From positions 1 through 36,008 of the forward strand of contig JANWHK010000025.1 in NCBI GenBank assembly GCA_025450395.1: a stretch of 36,008 nt of DNA, written 5' to 3'. Shown in pieces: positions 35,301-36,008 of this stretch; position 1 is the stretch's first letter; each line of letters begins with the position of its first letter. This DNA comes from Bacteroidia bacterium. GTDB lineage: Bacteria > Bacteroidota > Bacteroidia > NS11-12g > UBA955. Both the position numbers and the translations under genes were made by a program. The notes beneath the pieces are model-generated. The model was given only the letters and a program-made list of their open reading frames with translations. It did not search any database and was not told where the DNA came from.

Positions 35301-35355
35301 GGGCATTTGCCAGGTTTAAAATGAAGAAAATAAATGCAGAAATACATATTTTCAT
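32317..35355 (-). CDS. Sensor histidine kinase with periplasmic double beta-propeller plus Y_Y_Y domain, one TM helix, HisKA_3 and HATPase_c
   Basis: 1012 aa. Signal peptide MKICISAFIFFILNLANAQ. Many Reg_prop blades (LWIGTMGDGL, IWVATPNGL, LWIGTTAGLV). A Y_Y_Y-type Ig domain (IYSYKLEGLN..W...LPAGEYTLLI). TM helix WWFMSLIFFVISGTLYLLY. H-box ISRDLHDDIGSALSSI. ATP-binding motifs NNVAKYA and DNGIG. There is no receiver or AraC domain, so this is a classical rather than a hybrid system. Confidence 0.92.
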   Translation of the reverse strand: MKICISAFIFFILNLANAQDLTTHFRHISTRNGLSSDNVRCFFMDSRGFLWIGTMGDGLNRFDGKTVKTFRHQSNNPKSILSNDVRDIAEDPYGRIWVATPNGLSILNHDLSFSNYMQIPVDTGQLNITPINSVSMFKGHMFMGLSNGIIKTSADFKKVVPTLALLSKGKLPEKLKCIPFGMYTTSTGLWVSTHKGMFFSRDGKEFMHKGHNPEKLRILQMGYIQAFTQAENGNLVFMSMKFPGVYTFDPRTGMTDSIKFSDKMEFFPVSMVQVKDNIYWASTFLKGIVEIDISNGAFHFIKSDPEMPGSLGNDMVVLLYKDKQGSIFVTTGYGFDMVHPSQCNFSQMKTYVSDNSNFPLRSAYNLYQDKNHQVWAGSYFNGLYKIDMTNGNTFHAGLKNDEKGIFAISEDQDRLFLGTDDGLGFYDEKTDQFIKLKLPEALIGITKGNFKFIVRDKNQNWWIGIWLQGLLQLSPDFKSYHFYASSDSNSLLKYLSPIGGKIDNLNRLWFGYHESSEITCLDLNNLTSTHYKTSKKGSGISGMDYSCTFNMALFNDYLWITTSHSGLLRFDMVSHEIEIFNHSNGMPSDQMNFIRPDNLGQLWIGTTAGLVRFNSQTNAIHTYHFSDGLPSEYLMDADLVFLQDGRALMTCDRYLWTFNPDRMTVNPLFPKIALTSIQKSGMDLAIVPGVREIDFYYKDKTLNFEFTGINYIDPDKNIYSYKLEGLNTAWNSLGSNNSLHLTTLPAGEYTLLIDCSNKIGFRNPEIFSYLIHVHGPFWKTWWFMSLIFFVISGTLYLLYRHRLNRIHQLQAIRDNISRDLHDDIGSALSSISIYSEVAKRMSHDQFPQILPTLNNIQITAKNAMENMSDIVWAINPKNDRFQDVIQRIEIFANQILSAKGVKFIFDIPDEISLKTLSIQQRKNIYLICKEAINNVAKYAEANECQLNIFNDSGNVVIQIKDNGIGGIDPEKKSSGGNGIYNMKKRAVELKGFLDIISEKSIGTILNLKLIIK

Positions 35356-35455
35356 AATGCGAATATATATGAATTATTATATCTTCCATCCTACATCATT
35401 ATGTGGTTATGATATGAGTAATAAATTGCACCTTTGTTGTTCAAATCAATTTAAT

Positions 35456-36008
35456 ATGAAAATCATTTTATTGTATGCACTTTGTTGTGTGGGGTTTCTG
35501 ACCATGTCAGGTCGACTTTTTGGCAGCACAATCAATCCCCTTTCCCAAGGGCTGGAGGTGATGGATGTGAAGAATTTAACAGTAACACTGTTGCCTGGTG
35601 ATCAAAAAATTCAAGTAAAGTGGGACCACGACATGAGTGAAGTAGTAAAAGATTTTCGCATAATCCGAAATGGCTTAGTGATAGCAGATGTTTTTGGCGA
35701 CAATCAATATGTTGATTCAGGGTTTCCTGCTTGTTTTGTTAATAGTTATAAAGTTTTAGCCATTTACAATGGCAGTATTTCGCCGGGGAAGGTATACGTA
35801 TTAATTAATAACCTTCCCAATAATGTAGATATAAAATTGGAAGTAATTCCGGCTGGAATCAATGTAACTGGAATCAATGTTAGTTTTGTTTATGCCGGAA
35901 CTGATTCTCTTACTACATATGTACTGGAACGAAGTGTGGATGGCGTTTCTGGAATAAATTTGTTGAATTTCACTTCACATACAAAAGAATATTTTGATCC
36001 TACAGGTC
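35456..36008 (+). CDS. Secreted FN3-like repeat protein, 3'-truncated by the window end
   Basis: It is absent from the ORF track because no stop codon is reached. I translated it by hand from ATG 35456: MKIILLYALCCVGFLTMSGRLFGSTINPLSQGLEVMDVKNLTVTLLPGDQKIQVKWDHDMSEVVKDFRIIRNGLVIADVFGDNQYVDSGFPACFVNSYKVLAIYNG... The frame stays open for 184 codons to position 36008. It has a signal peptide, followed by modules resembling the FN3-like modules at the C-terminus of the 8958..13901 product. Confidence 0.7.
   Translation, partial: MKIILLYALCCVGFLTMSGRLFGSTINPLSQGLEVMDVKNLTVTLLPGDQKIQVKWDHDMSEVVKDFRIIRNGLVIADVFGDNQYVDSGFPACFVNSYKVLAIYNGSISPGKVYVLINNLPNNVDIKLEVIPAGINVTGINVSFVYAGTDSLTTYVLERSVDGVSGINLLNFTSHTKEYFDPTG

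Overview
The window reads as a Bacteroidota-type chromosomal segment. It is AT-rich, start codons lack Shine-Dalgarno sequences, and nearly every operon has a TAnnTTTG -7 promoter box. It also carries type A and type B T9SS C-terminal sorting domains and several phylum-typical DUF families. I support about 28 CDS (one cut by the window end) and one tRNA-Cys(GCA).

Housekeeping genes: prfA, lpxH, plsC, gatC, a LolD/MacB-like ATPase, a PduO-type adenosyltransferase, ffh, msrA, thiamine pyrophosphokinase, an M3 oligoendopeptidase and trxA. Interleaved with them are:
(a) three large T9SS cargo proteins: a 1647-aa PKD/FN3-like protein with a type B CTD, a 1229-aa Cys-rich/CARDB/PKD protein with a type A CTD, and a BNR-repeat protein with a type A CTD;
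(b) a DUF4836-like anchor protein, an ABC ATPase and a 4-TM FtsX-like permease, followed by PepF and a DUF3352-like/MORN protein;
(c) a propeller/Y_Y_Y sensor kinase, a NarL/LuxR response regulator and a stand-alone secreted propeller protein.

I found no CRISPR array, transposase, integrase, phage gene or recognisable defence gene, so I cannot point to a clear-cut new system.

The signals that gene annotation does not explain:
(1) heptad-periodic, C-poor tracts (GGTAATC / GATGAAT / GRTGACA) sit at or just after stop codons in four spacers, once as a 15/16 inverted pair around an AT-rich core with nested palindromes;
(2) two distantly similar N-terminally anchored proteins bracket a type VII-like ABC module and a cytoplasmic peptidase;
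(3) a two-component system is flanked by two secreted-protein genes that share an upstream motif.

All family names come from motif recognition by eye. No database search was run.
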